64,000 nt of DNA, from the NCBI RefSeq assembly GCF_009914755.1, contig NC_060927.1; one strand, 5' to 3'. Source of the stretch: the human T2T-CHM13v2.0 reference genome, Homo sapiens. This document shows, piece by piece, positions 29,435 through 41,243 of this stretch. Made by a program: the position numbers and the translations under genes. The notes beneath the pieces were generated by a model, which was not told the DNA's origin, did not search any database, and saw only the letters and a list, made by a program, of their open reading frames with translations. Every line of letters begins with the position of its first letter. The first letter of the stretch is position 1.

Positions 29435-31061
29435 CAGACTCAAATCTTTCTGAACCAAGCATACCATGCAAGCACTTAAAAATCATGCATTACCTGCATC
29501 GCACCTGTATGTATTTTCTGTAGTTTGTAGTTGAGTTGGGGGTGAGAAGGGAGCATTGTACCTAGGGAGTAAAATAATAACATCTAATGATTTTCTAATA
29601 TTGGTGACAAATGTTCTAGCAGTGTTTTCTTTTAATAAATAGTGCTTTATTCCAGATTTTTTTTTCTTTTTAGCAGTCTTAAAATTTGGAATTTTATGTG
29701 TTTCCCTTATCAAGCAGGCACTGACTTCCTTGGAAACAAAAATCTCTGTGGAATTTCCTTTAAGTGTCAGACTTCTGAGCGGGAACTGAGACATTCAGTA
29801 ATTCCTGTTCTGGTGGGAACCATGGAAAGGCACCATCATTGCAAATAAATCAAGCAGCTGTGTTTCTAAATATGATTACGGGCAGTGCCATGCTGGGCAC
29901 AGTCATTAAAGCAGGAACAAATGTTATCTCTGGTTTAGGAAGAGGATTGTGTTGCTTTGCTTCCTATAAACCAGGCTGTCTGGTGAGCCCATCTATCAAA
30001 GGGAAGCTGGTTTGCATGGTTTTTAAATCCTATTAAGTTACCTGCCAATTAGAAATGAGAAGATGTGGAACTACCTTGAAAATGAAGGTAGGGTGAAAAA
30101 GTTGACACACTATGTTACATGAAAGTCTTCTTGGGCTGTCTGGAGTTAGGTGTTTCTATAGTTAACACTTGAAAAAATTGAGAATATTCAATGATATCAA
30201 CATGCAAATATTTGTAGGAAAACAGCAACAGACCATATCTCAAGCACTTCAAAGGATGTTTGGCAGGCATGATCTTCCCAGAAACTAAAGGCTTAGAGCC
30301 AACCTGGGCAAAACCTCCCAGTTTGAGACACAAACTTCTCTTGGCAAATGCTCACAGCAACAAATATGTCCAGATCCTCATTTTCCCTTTGATTTTTTTT
30401 TTTTTTAAACTGCAGTGTTGACTAATGACAAACATATTGGTGTTTGGCTTGTGAGGTGTGGTGCTTTACTGCTCTTTCTTGGTGAAGGCTGGACCACGGT
30501 GGCAAACAAAATCTAATTAGTCCGTTTGAACTACACCCCACTTCTTCTGTTTCCAAGCCCCTCTCTTTTGTTGTCTAACATTAAGTGTGTGGTCTTCTGG
30601 CATGTGAAAGTTTTTTTGTTATTTTTATCCATTTAAAAGTGCATTGCATGCTATACATATGGAAATATTTAGGAGGAGGTAAACTCATGTCTGCAACTTT
30701 TAAATACATAGAAAAATAAGATGGATCAAGGAACAGAGGGTTGGATAATCATGTCGTAAAGCAAGGATAGTAAAGTATTAATTGTAGAATCGATATAGTG
30801 GGCATATAGATGTTCACTGTCAAATTCGGCTTTCATGTATGTATGAAAATTTTTATAATTAGATATTACGAGAGAAAAAGGTCAAGTTTCTATCATATAG
30901 GATTCTCACTTATATAAAACCCAAGCTCTAGGAAAGAAATCACTCTTAGACCCACAAAAGTCCTGATTTATAGGCAAACTCAGGAACTCTGAAGTTTGGG
31001 AAATTCTCAGTTAACATGAATTTGCTGTCTTTCTTTGTTTTTTAAAATGTATATATTTATA

Positions 31062-31364
31062 GGCTGGGCGTGGTGGCTCGTGCCTGTAATCTCAGATCTT
31101 TGGGAGGCTGAGGCGGGTGGATCACTTACGGTCAGGAGTTCAAGACCAGCCCGACCAACATGGTGAAACCGCATCTCTACTAAAAATACAAAAAATTAGC
31201 TGAGTGTGGTGGTGTACACCTGTAATCTCAGCTACTCGGGAGGCTGAGGCAGGAGAATTACTTGAATTTGGGAGGTGGAAATTGCAGTAAGTCGAGGTTG
31301 TGCCACTGCACTCCAACCTGGGTGACAGAGCAAGACTCCATCTCAAAATAAATAAATAAATAAA
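31062..31364 (+). mobile_element. Alu (S-like)
   Basis: Full Alu; TSD AAAATGTATATATTTATA. Confidence 0.95.
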
Positions 31365-31652
31365 ATGTATATATTTATAAATTCATTTGCTATAAAAAAC
31401 CCATGTTATCTCAAAACGTAAGAATTACAGTTACATATAACTTAAAAAATGAAACCCCTCCCAGTGTCTCTTTCTTCCCATTATTGCTTTTTATCTCCTT
31501 GTAGCCACTATCTCTCCAGACTTGAAAAGTCTGCATGAGCCAATATAGCAGTTTGCTTTTCAACAGGATTATGCTATACATGCACTGACAATTTGTTTTT
31601 ATCATGCGAGATAGTGGAGACATCTTTCTATGGCACTACATGTGAATGTACC

Positions 31653-31817
31653 ATCTTTTTCTTTTCTTTTTTAAGACAGGGTCTTACTCTGTCATCAAAG
31701 CTGGGGTGCAATTGCTTGATCATAGCTCTCTATGACCTCAGTCTCCTGGGCTCAAGCAATCCTCTGCCTTGGCCTCCCAAGGTGCTGGGATTGCAGGCAT
31801 GAGCCACTGCACCCAGC
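31653..31817 (-). mobile_element. Alu monomer (FRAM/deleted AluJ)
   Basis: AGACAGGGTCTTACTCTGTC...CCTGGGCTCAAGCAATCCTC...GCACCCAGCC. Confidence 0.8.
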
Positions 31818-31905
31818 CCCACCTGTTTCTTTAGAAGTCTTCATAGTACTCTAGTTGTATAAATATGGGGCAAATTATATAATCAATCTTTGATTGACAG
31901 ATGTA

Positions 31906-32245
31906 CAGTCAAGCAGCATATAACAATGTTTTTGATCAAGGACAGACTGCTTATGTCACTCTGGTCCTATGAGATTATAATACTGTATTTTACTGTACCT
32001 TTTCTATGTTTAGATACGCAAATACTTACTGTTGTGTTACAGTTGCCTACATATTCAGTACAGATTTATAGCTTAGAAGCAATAGGCTATAAACTTGTAG
32101 CCTATTGTACAGGTGAACAGTAAGTTATACCATCTAGGTTTGTGTAAGTACAGGCTATGATGTTCACACAATGGTGAAATTGCCTAACAATGCATTTCTT
32201 GGAACATATTTCCATCATCTTTGTCATTAAACAACGTATGGCCGT
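31906..32245. mobile_element. Tigger3-family MITE, opposite orientation to 9219-9537
   Basis: CAGTCAAGCAGCATATAAC start; internal CCATCTAGGTTTGTGTAAGTACA is the reverse complement of a motif in the 9.2-kb copy. Confidence 0.75.
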
Positions 32246-32520
32246 ATTCACCTCCTAGGTCTGCCATAGCAAAATATCACAGACTTGGGTGGCTTAAATA
32301 ACAATTATTTATTTTTTCACAGTTCTAGAGGCTGGAAGTCCATGATCAAGGTGCCAGCAAATTCAGTTTCTAGTGAGAGCTCTCCTTCTGGCTTGTAGAT
32401 AAGCTACCTTCTCACTGTGTCCTCAACTGGCCTTTTGTCTGTGCTTGCATATAGAGATCTCTGGTGTCTCTTTGTCTTCAAATATCACTCATACAGGATT
32501 GAGGCTCCACCGTTAATTAT
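32246..32520 (-). mobile_element. MLT1-type MaLR LTR fragment
   Basis: GCCATAGCAAAATATCACAGACTTGGGTGGCTTAAA...TTCTAGAGGCTGGAAGTCC. Confidence 0.7.
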
Positions 32521-32561
32521 TAAGTCATTAAAAAAATGACTCAGGGAGTTTTTCTTATATC

Positions 32562-32863
<302 letters not shown>

Positions 32864-33116
32864 AGTTTCCCTTATATCTTTTAAAAATATGACTTGAATT
32901 GGCACACATAGTTTCCCTTTACATCCTGTTGGTCAGAAAGCCATATATGACTGTATGAAGCACATGGGAGGCTGGGATATGTAGTTTTGAGACAGGTGGC
33001 CTCATGCTGAGCCAAAACTGTTAAAGGATGGTGGGGAGGATAGATACTGAGCAGGTAGCTACTCTGCTACAGGGAATGTAGGAAAATATTACATTTTGAG
33101 TGTCAGAACACTGCCA

Positions 33117-33613
<497 letters not shown>

Positions 33614-33891
33614 TAAAAATAAAAGGAATGATAGCAAAAGTTACCTTCCTGTGTGCCTTTACATCTTAGGGGAATGAGAAATTTTACCTATATACTAGAA
33701 ACGGTATTCTTAAAAAAGTTTAAGTCCATATTCTGTTTTAATATGTGAATTTCTTTTTATGCCTTAAGATGAGAACAAAGTGGCTACATATGGAGAATGA
33801 AGAAAATTCAGTAAATTATATGGTGGTGATCACCAGAAGAATGAGAAATGAAATGGCTTTAATTGGTTGCCTCTGGGGGTAAAAGAGATGT

Positions 33892-34928
33892 TGTGTGGAA
33901 TTGGTTCCTTCTGGTGGGTTCTTGGTCTCGGTGACTTCAAGAATGAAGCTGCGGACCCTCACGGTGAGTGTTACAGCTCTTAAAGATGGTGTGTCTGGAG
34001 TTTGTTCCTTCAGATGTTCAGATGTGTCTGGAGTTTCTTCCTTCCAGTGGGTTCATGGTCTTGCTGACTTCAGGAGTGAAGCCACAGACCTTCGCAGTGA
34101 GTGTTACAGCTCTTAAAAGTGGCACGTCCAGAATCGTTTGTTCCTCCCAGTGGGTTCGTGGTCTCGCTGACTTCAGGAGTGAAGCCGCAGACCTTTGCAG
34201 TGAGTGTTACAGCTCTTAAAGGTGGCACGTCCGGAATAGTTTGTTCCTCCCAGTGGGTTCGTGGTCGCGCTGACTTCAGGAGTGAAGCCGCAGACCTTCG
34301 CAGTGAGTGTTAACAGCTCTTAAAGGTGGCACGTCCGGAATCGTTTGTTCCTCCCAGTGGGTTCGTGGTCTCGCTGACTTCAGGAGTGAAGCCGCAGACC
34401 TTCGCAGTGAGTGTTACAGCTCTTAAAGGTGGCACATCCAGAGTTGTTTGTTCCTCCTAGTGCGTTCGTGGTCTCACTGAATTCAGGATTGAAGCTGCAG
34501 AACTTCGCAGTGAGTGTTACAGCTCATAAAGGTAGTGCGGACCCAAAGAGTCAGCAGTAGCAAGATTTATTGTGAAGAGCAAAAGAACAAAGCTTCCATA
34601 GCTTGGAAGGGGACCTCAGTGGGTTGCCACTGCTGGCTCGGGTAGCTAGCTTTTATTCCGTTATTTGGCCCTGCCCATATCCTGCTGATTGGTCCATTTT
34701 ACAGAGTGCTGATTGGTCCATTTTACAGAGTGCTGACTGGTGCATTTACAAACCTTTAGCTAGACACAGAGCACTGATTGGTGTGTTTTTACAAAGTGCT
34801 GATTGGTGCATTTACAAACCTTTAGCTAGACACAGAGTGCTGATTGGTGTGTTTACAATCCTTTAGCTAGAAAGGAAAGTTCTCCAAGTCCCCACCTGAC
34901 CCAGAAGCCCAGCTGGCTTCACCTCTCA
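33892..34928 (-). mobile_element. LTR12, 3' LTR (1037 bp)
   Basis: Minus-strand start TGAGAGGTGAAGCCAGCTGGGCTTCTGGG, CCAAT-repeat U3, AATAAA poly(A) signal at 34566-34571, six ~103-bp U5 repeats; PPT AGAGGGAGGAT adjacent at 34929-34939. Confidence 0.95.
33905..34530. repeat. ~103-bp tandem repeat x6 within LTR12 U5
   Basis: Unit TTCCTCCCAGTGGGTTCGTGGTCTCGCTGACTTCAGGAGTGAAGCC... restarts at 34141, 34244, 34348 and 34451, with two more diverged units upstream. Confidence 0.9.
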
Positions 34929-35059
34929 ATCCTCCCTCTAAACAGGACACCCCAACTGCTGTTGGGAATTAGGCAATGACCACTCTAGCTACTTCCTGCT
35001 GGATAGGGGTGAAGAAGGGGCCCTGCAGTTTTAGTGTCCTCCAGAGGGGAACTCTATTT

Positions 35060-35700
35060 AGGCCAGTGAAAGGGCCAGTGGGTCGGTCCAGGGGTCCTCG
35101 ATAGAAGTTGTTAGTTGAGCTCATTTGGGGTTCCATTTGTAAGACCATCTGTAGCTTGATGGCCTCAATTCTAGAGGAAACAAATTGACAAGGAGGTTGA
35201 AAATATAGCGCCCAAAGGTGAGTAATAGCAAGATGGTTGCCACGGGATCTAGAAAGGGTAGAAGCCATGTTGCCCAACTCCAGAGATTGGTATAAGAGTT
35301 TGAAAGGCATTGCCTGATTTCAGAAGCCTTTTCCTGTAAACGCTGGGCCGGCATCTTGTACTACCCCTGATTGGTTAGTGTAAAAGCAACACTCTTCCCC
35401 TAAGAAGGTGCAGAGTCCTCCTTTCTCAGCAGTGAGGAGGTCTAGGCCTCAGTGGTTTTGGAGAGTCACTGCTGCCAAAGAGTCTATTTGGGATTGTGGA
35501 GTAGGGATAGATTTCGTTATTTCTTGCAAACTGTCTGAGAAATCCTTTGAGTGTGTGGTAGTAGGATAACAAAGTAGATAAACTGGCTATTCTGGTTCCT
35601 GTAGCAGTAGCCATTCCTAACCCTGTAAGTAGGGGTATTAGTTGTATGGCTCTGCGCTGACGGACTTGGGCTTTGAGAGGTACTGATAGGGTCTGATTTC
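35060..35700 (-). pseudogene. env: ERV9 env remnant (TM subunit), disrupted
   Basis: Manual translation: furin site RQRR, fusion peptide AIQLIPLLTGLGMATATG, immunosuppressive domain [19 protein letters not shown]6CC, membrane anchor WATWLLPFL and tail IEAIKLQMVLQMEPQM; contains stops and frameshifts. Confidence 0.9.
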
Positions 35701-36299
35701 CACAAGATTAGAAGTTAGGATAATATATGTTTACACTGTTAACTTTTAGCAAACTTTACTTTTGTTGAAAACCTTGTAAGTTTGGGATTTCAATTATTCT
35801 TTGCTATTAATAAGACCTCATTCAGTCCCTATTAACTTAGAATTGGTATAGATGGCTCCTTTCTGATTCTGTAAGTACTTTAAGGTTTGGCTGAGTGAAA
35901 ACAGCTCGCACATTTGAGCAGACCGATTATTGGGCAATTTTCCTAACTCTGCTTCTACAAGAGTTTGCTTATCATTTACTGAATACCCATTGTGTCTTTT
36001 TTCCTTAATTGCCCGGGAGGAACCATTTATCTTCCTGTCCTGAAGGGAGTTCCTCCTAGATCTGGTCAGACCTTTGTATGGTAATTAATTAAGATTTAGA
36101 TCCCCTGTTAGGAAACCTGCTGGGTTAAGGATTTTTGATAGGAAGGCTATGGCTTGTCAGTGGCCTCAGTGCTTTTGGGCTATGCCCTTGTTTACACTGA
36201 TAACAAGATGGTATTGGAGTGTTATAGGGTTACAGAGAAGACCTTCAATTATCAATTATAGGTTTTAAATTTACCCTGGCTTTTAAAGGAACAGGGTAC

Positions 36300-36520
36300 C
36301 CCGTTTTTTCTTTACTACTTCTATCTTTCTTTCTCTTTGACTTCTTTGTCTCTCTGTTTCTGACTCCCTCTTTGTCTCTTCCTCTCTCTCTTTGACTGTC
36401 TGTGTCTCTTTCTCTCTCTCTTTGACTCCCTCTTTGTCTCTGTCTCTTCCTCTCTCTGTCTGTTTGGCTTTCTGTCTCTTTCTCTCTTTCCTTTCTGCTG
36501 GTCTTTCCCTGCCTCTGCCA
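36300..36520. repeat. CT-rich low-complexity tract inside the provirus
   Basis: TCTCTCTCTTTGACT-type degenerate repeats where integrase would normally lie. Confidence 0.8.
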
Positions 36521-36559
36521 GCTGCTTATGCTGCTGTTCTCCCCTCCTCTTCCCCCTTT

Positions 36560-37440
36560 TTGATGGCTTCGGCAGTGTAAGACTGCCACCTCCTTGGGTT
36601 TTTGCACTGTGTGCAATAACTCCATGGTTTCCTTGTGGTATTTAAGGGGGGTTCCCCCAGAGGTTAGGAACTCCCTTTCTTTCCATATTGCAGCATGGGC
36701 ATGTAGGAGTAGATAAGCATACTTGCTATCTATATATACATTTATTCTTTTTCCCTTTCTCAGTTCTAAGGCTCAGGTAAGTGCCACTAGTTTTCCTAAC
36801 TGGGTGCTGGTCCCTGGGGGGAGAGGCTTACTTTCAAGTACAGTTACATCACTAACTATGGCATAACCTGCCCTTCATATCCCATTCTCCACAAATGGAC
36901 TTCCGTTGGTATATAGGTTAAGGTCAGGATTAGCTAAGGGGACTTCTAAGAGATCATCTCAGGTGGCATAAGTCTGGACTATAATTTGTTGGCAGTCATG
37001 CTTGATTGGTTCTCCATCCTCTGAGAGAAAAGTAGTTCTCCATCCTCTGAGAGAAAAGTGTCAGGGTTGAGGGCCACACACATATGTATTTGAAGCACCG
37101 GTCCCTCAAAGAGTAGCGCCTGGTATCTAAGTAGGCAGCTGTCCAATAGCCATAAACTTCCTTTGGCACCTAGTAAGCCATTACATCATGAGTAGTCCAG
37201 ACAGTGAGATCCTTTCCTTGTATTATTTTGATAGTCTCTGACACTAAGACAGCCACTGCTGCAACTACCCATAAACAGTGAGGCTAGCCTTTTGCTACTA
37301 CATCAATTTCCTTACTTAGGTATGCCAGTGATGTGCGGTTGTCCCACGAGTCTGAGTAAGGACTTGAAGAGCTATTCCTCCTCTCCCTGTGACGTATAAA
37401 GAGAAGTTTTGTCTTGTGGGAAGGCTTAAGGCTGGAGTTT
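36560..37440 (-). pseudogene. pol: ERV9 pol remnant (tether/connection and RNase H); RT core and integrase absent
   Basis: AYLSKEIDVVAKG, DLNLYTNGS, INVYIDSKYAY, KEVAVLHCRSHQKG; multiple stops and a 26-bp tandem duplication at 37009-37059. Confidence 0.88.
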
Positions 37441-37832
37441 GAGTTTGTTCCTTCCAATGCCCAGACTTCAGGGTTAATTCCCTCCTCAAGCAGGGGACAA
37501 TAAATGGGTAACTTGTTCCCTAGATTCATGTGGATAATGGCTCCAGGTTTGGCTAATATATCCCTCCCTAATAAGGGTGTGGGACTTTCAGGCATAACAA
37601 GAAAGGCATGTGAGAAGAGCAAAGTCTCCCAATTACAACTGAGGTGGGAGAAATACCTGGTTACAGGCTGTCCCAGGATTCTTCGGATGGTAACAGATCT
37701 TGAGGACAGTGGTCCAGGACAGGAGATTAACACTGAGAAGGCCGTGCCAGTGTCCAGGAGGAAGTCAATTTCCTGGCCCTCAATGGTTAAGCATACCCAG
37801 GGCTCAGTGAGGGTGGTGACATGAGCTGGCAC
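37440..37832 (-). pseudogene. pro: ERV9 aspartic protease
   Basis: ORF 37284-37832 contains FLLDTGTAFSVL (catalytic DTG) and PTPLLGRDIL, then runs into the deletion junction after EEGINPEVWALEG. Confidence 0.9.
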
Positions 37833-37847
37833 TTGCCCCAGGCACCC

Positions 37848-39310
37848 TCAGTCCTGTTGTTGGATCATCTGGTTGGGGGTTTCTGGCCCAGAGAACCATT
37901 GCACTCTGGGGCAGTGCACCTTCCAGTGATTGCCTTGGCATAGCAGACAGGGATGAGGGGGCAGCTTGTTTCTCATTGGACAATCTTTTTTGAAGTGTCC
38001 TTTAAAAAAGGACACTGTTAACAAGCCCTACCAGCTGATTGGCCTGCTCCATTTTCTCTCCTCTCTGAACCACCAAGGTTTGTTTGTCTGAGGGCCATGA
38101 CTAAGGCTGCAGCCTTTCTCTGATCTTGCTTTTCCTTTTGGGCCTGTTCCTCTTGGTCCCTATTATAGAACACCAAGGTTGTCAGGTTTAATAATGCCTC
38201 CAGATTTTGTTCAGGGCCCAGGGCTTGCTTTTGGAGCTTTCTCCTGATATCTGTGGCTGATTGGGTAATAAACTTACCTTTTAGGATTAACTGTCCCTTG
38301 AGTGAGTCAGGTGACAGGGGAGTATATTTTCGTAAGGCCTCCCGTAGCTGCTCAAGGAAGGCAGAAGGATTTTCTTACTTTCCCTGAGTTATGGTGGACA
38401 TCACTGAAGAATTCATGGGCTTTTTCCTAATCCTCCTCAGTCCTTCTAGAACACAGGTCAACAGATGTTTGCGACTCCAGTCCCCATGATCTGAGTCAAG
38501 GTCCCAGTGGGGATCCATACTGGGGATGGCTTGCTGACCAGTAGGGAATTTGTCCCTTTCTTTGGCTGTCATTCTATCATTTACTTGACTAAGATACCAA
38601 GTATTTCCAAACTCTTGGGCTGCAGCTAAAGCCACATTCTTTTCATTAAAGGCCAGGGTTTGATCTAACAATAGCATGACATCTCTCCAAGTGAGATCGA
38701 AGGTTTGCCCTAGACCCTGTAGGACATCTACGTACCTGTCAGGATCATCTGAAAACTTCCCCAGGTCTGCCTTGATCTGCTTTAAATCAGAGAGGGAGAA
38801 AGGGACATGTACCCGAGCTGGGCCAAATTCCCCTCCCCCTACAGCTTGAAAGGGACATAACCGATAGCCCGGGGGTTTTTGTGGTCCTTTGGAGATTTCT
38901 TTGCTTATTTCCTTCTGGGCAGGGGAGATTAGAAGAGGCTTATCATTAATAGGAGGGGGAGCTATAGGGAGGCTAGGATATGGGGGTAAGCTGAGAGGTC
39001 CTCCTGTGGGATGTAAATTGCAAGCTTTGCTTAGTTGTGGATTCTCCTTCAATGAAAAGAAAGCTTGGACATAAGATATTTCACTCCATTTGCCTTCCCT
39101 CTTACAGAAAAGGTCAAGCTGCAGGATAGTATTGTAATTTATACTTCCCTCAGGTGGCCATTTTTCCCCATCAGAGAGAGAATATTGGGGCCAAGCCATA
39201 GTGCAGAAAAAAATGAGCCGCCTCTTTTTCAGGGTTTGCGAGTCAAATTGGTCCCAGTGGCTTAGGATGCATTTCAAGGGTGAGCCTGTTGATGGCTGAG
39301 TGTTTCCCAT
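37848..39310 (-). pseudogene. gag: ERV9 gag; 311-aa open N-terminal portion (38375-39310), then in-frame stop, second stop and frameshift in NC
   Basis: MGNTQ start, [19 protein letters not shown] (matrix), PPPY motif, capsid sequence, MHR ITQGK*ENPSAFLEQLREAL, zinc knuckle C*QC..GHFKKDC, natural gag stop TGA at 37848-37850. Confidence 0.92.
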
Positions 39311-39358
39311 CTGAAAGACAAAACTACCCGTGGTTTAGGTTTGTTTGTTTCTCCCCCT

Positions 39359-39760
39359 GCCCAAGAACCTGCAATGGTCCCTGGACCCTGCTGATTGGAA
39401 TAGTTGTGCTCACTGACGCAGCAGCAGAAATACCTCTTGCCCAAGAACCTGCAATGGTCCCTGGACCCTGCTGATGGGAATAGTTGCACTCACCGACACA
39501 GCAGCAGAAACACCTCTTGCCGAAGAACCTGCAACGGTCCCTGGACCCTGCTGACTGGAATAGTTGCGCTCACCAACACAGCAGCAGAAACACTAGTTTT
39601 CCTCCTAGACCACAAGGAGGACTGAGGAATGTTGGATATAGTGGCCCTTACCAACGCATTCTTGAAAACCTGCACCCTTGCCTGTCCTCCTAGACCACAA
39701 AGAGGACTGAGAAAAATTGGATTTAGTGGCCCTTACCAATGCATTCTTGAAAACCTGTTA
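39359..39760. repeat. Tandem repeats in proviral leader: 80 bp x3 and ~85 bp x2
   Basis: GCCCAAGAACCTGCAATGG-type unit restarts at 39359, 39439 and 39519; CCTCCTAGACCACAA restarts at 39601 and 39686. Confidence 0.9.
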
Positions 39761-40628
39761 GAGTCCTAAGCATTTTCCTGTTAGTATTGGGACTTTACCT
39801 GTGTCCTGTAAAGATGTTATGCCCCAAAAATGAAATGGAGGGCCATACCCTGAGGAGGGGAGGGATCTCCAGAGTTGGAAGAGTGCTGCCTTTTGATCCT
39901 CACTTATATGAATAAGAAGGATATCATTTCTGAAGCTCCCCATATCCTAGCTTCCGGAATAGCTTTTGTTAGGCCTGCTAGTCTGAGGAGGGATCCTAAA
40001 ATTCCAGATAAGATAGTCCCCTGCCCCGATGGGGCTTTGGGCAAAAATTATGTTTTCTGATTGGCCTGGGTGCCTAAAGAAGGTAACAGAGTCCTGAAGT
40101 TTATACTAGAAATCATTCTTGTAGGAGAAACTAGAAAAGCACTAGAGACAGGGAGTGGTTTTTAGAAGTGGGACTAGCCTTGGAGAAGAGAGGTGAGAGG
40201 AAGTTTGTCTGACAGGCTTTAGTACCCAGGCGGCAAGGGTCAGGATAGATAGGGTAGACGGGTGAGTCTTGCTTGGGTGACATGACTTTGAGAGTTCCGC
40301 TCATGGCTCAGGGTCAACCAACTTGTTGTTGGCTCCCCGGAGCTGAATGGCTTTCCTCTCCATCAACCTTTGGCTCAGCCCAGAAGTAAAGGAAAAGTGG
40401 AAGCTGGTTCCAGGCAAACCAACGCTCCCAACTCCGAAGAGTCGGGGTATGTTAGAGAGCCCTTTCCCAGAAAGCCTGACACCTGTGTCTTTAGTCCGGT
40501 GGCCACGCTAGTTGCTTTTAACTGGTCGACAGGTGCCCGGTATTTAGCCACCGAATTCTAAGGAAAAATAGGACAGAATAGCAAGTGAAAGGGGTCCGAT
40601 GGTACTCACTGCTTGACGATAGGCGATA

Positions 40629-40646
40629 GTCCCATCTGGTTCACCA
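40629..40646 (-). other. Primer binding site, tRNA-Arg type
   Basis: TGGTGAACCAGATGGGAC begins 3 nt after the 5' LTR; 16/18 match to the complement of the tRNA-Arg(CCG) 3' end as I recall it (TGGCGACCCAGATGGGAC); putative splice donor GTGAGT follows at 40604-40609. Confidence 0.8.
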
Positions 40647-40649
40647 AAA

Positions 40650-41243
40650 TGTATCCGGAATTGGTTCCTTCCAGTGGGTTCTTGGTCTCACTGACTTCAC
40701 GAGTGAAGCCGCAGACCTTCGCAGTGAGTTTTACAGCTCTTAAAGGTGGCACGTCTGGAATTGTTTGTTCCTCCCAGTGTGTTCGTGGTCTCGCTGACTT
40801 CAGGAGCGAAGCCGCAGACCTTCACAGTGAGTGTTACAGCTCATAAAGGTAGTGTGGCCCCAAAGAGTGAGCAGCAGTAAGATTTACTGTGAAGAGAGAA
40901 AGAACAAAGCTTCCACAGCGTGGAAGGGGACCTCAGCAGGTTGCCGCTGCTGGCTCAGGTGGCCAGCTTTTATTCCCTTATTTGGCCCCACCCACACCTG
41001 CTGATTGGTCCATTTTACAGAGTGCTGATTGGTCTGTTTTTACAGAGTGGATTGGTGTGTTTACAAACCTTTAGCTAGACGCAGAGCACTGATTGGTGCA
41101 TTTTTACAGAGTGCTAATTGGTGTGTTTACAAACCTTTAGTTAGATACAGAGCGCTGATTGGTGTGTTTACAATCTTTTAGCTAGACAGAAAAGTTCTCC
41201 AAGTCCCCACCTGACCTAGAAGCCCAGCCAGCTTCACCTGTCA
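40650..41243 (-). promoter_or_regulatory. LTR12, 5' LTR (594 bp), promoter/enhancer with six CCAAT boxes
   Basis: Six ATTGG (minus-strand CCAAT) in U3 repeats at ~41000-41165, AATAAAA TATA-like box near 40970, only two 103-bp U5 units. Confidence 0.92.

Larger units (their letters stand above)
33892..41243 (-). mobile_element. ERV9/HERV9 provirus (internally deleted, non-autonomous type) flanked by LTR12
   Basis: Two homologous LTRs, 4-bp TSD ATGT (33888-33891 and 41244-41247), PBS, PPT, and gag-pro-RNaseH-env(TM) order on the minus strand. Confidence 0.95.

Noticed and set aside
33905-34530. Regular ~103-bp periodicity superficially like a CRISPR or other novel repeat array
   Set aside because: Units are contiguous with no unique spacers and lie inside an LTR12 U5; the DNA is primate and no cas-like ORFs are present
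36245-36625. 126-aa charged ORF in the provirus
   Set aside because: RNase H C-terminus reading into the GA-rich low-complexity tract
40629-40646. tRNA-like sequence
   Set aside because: Only the 18-nt retroviral PBS; no tRNA gene body
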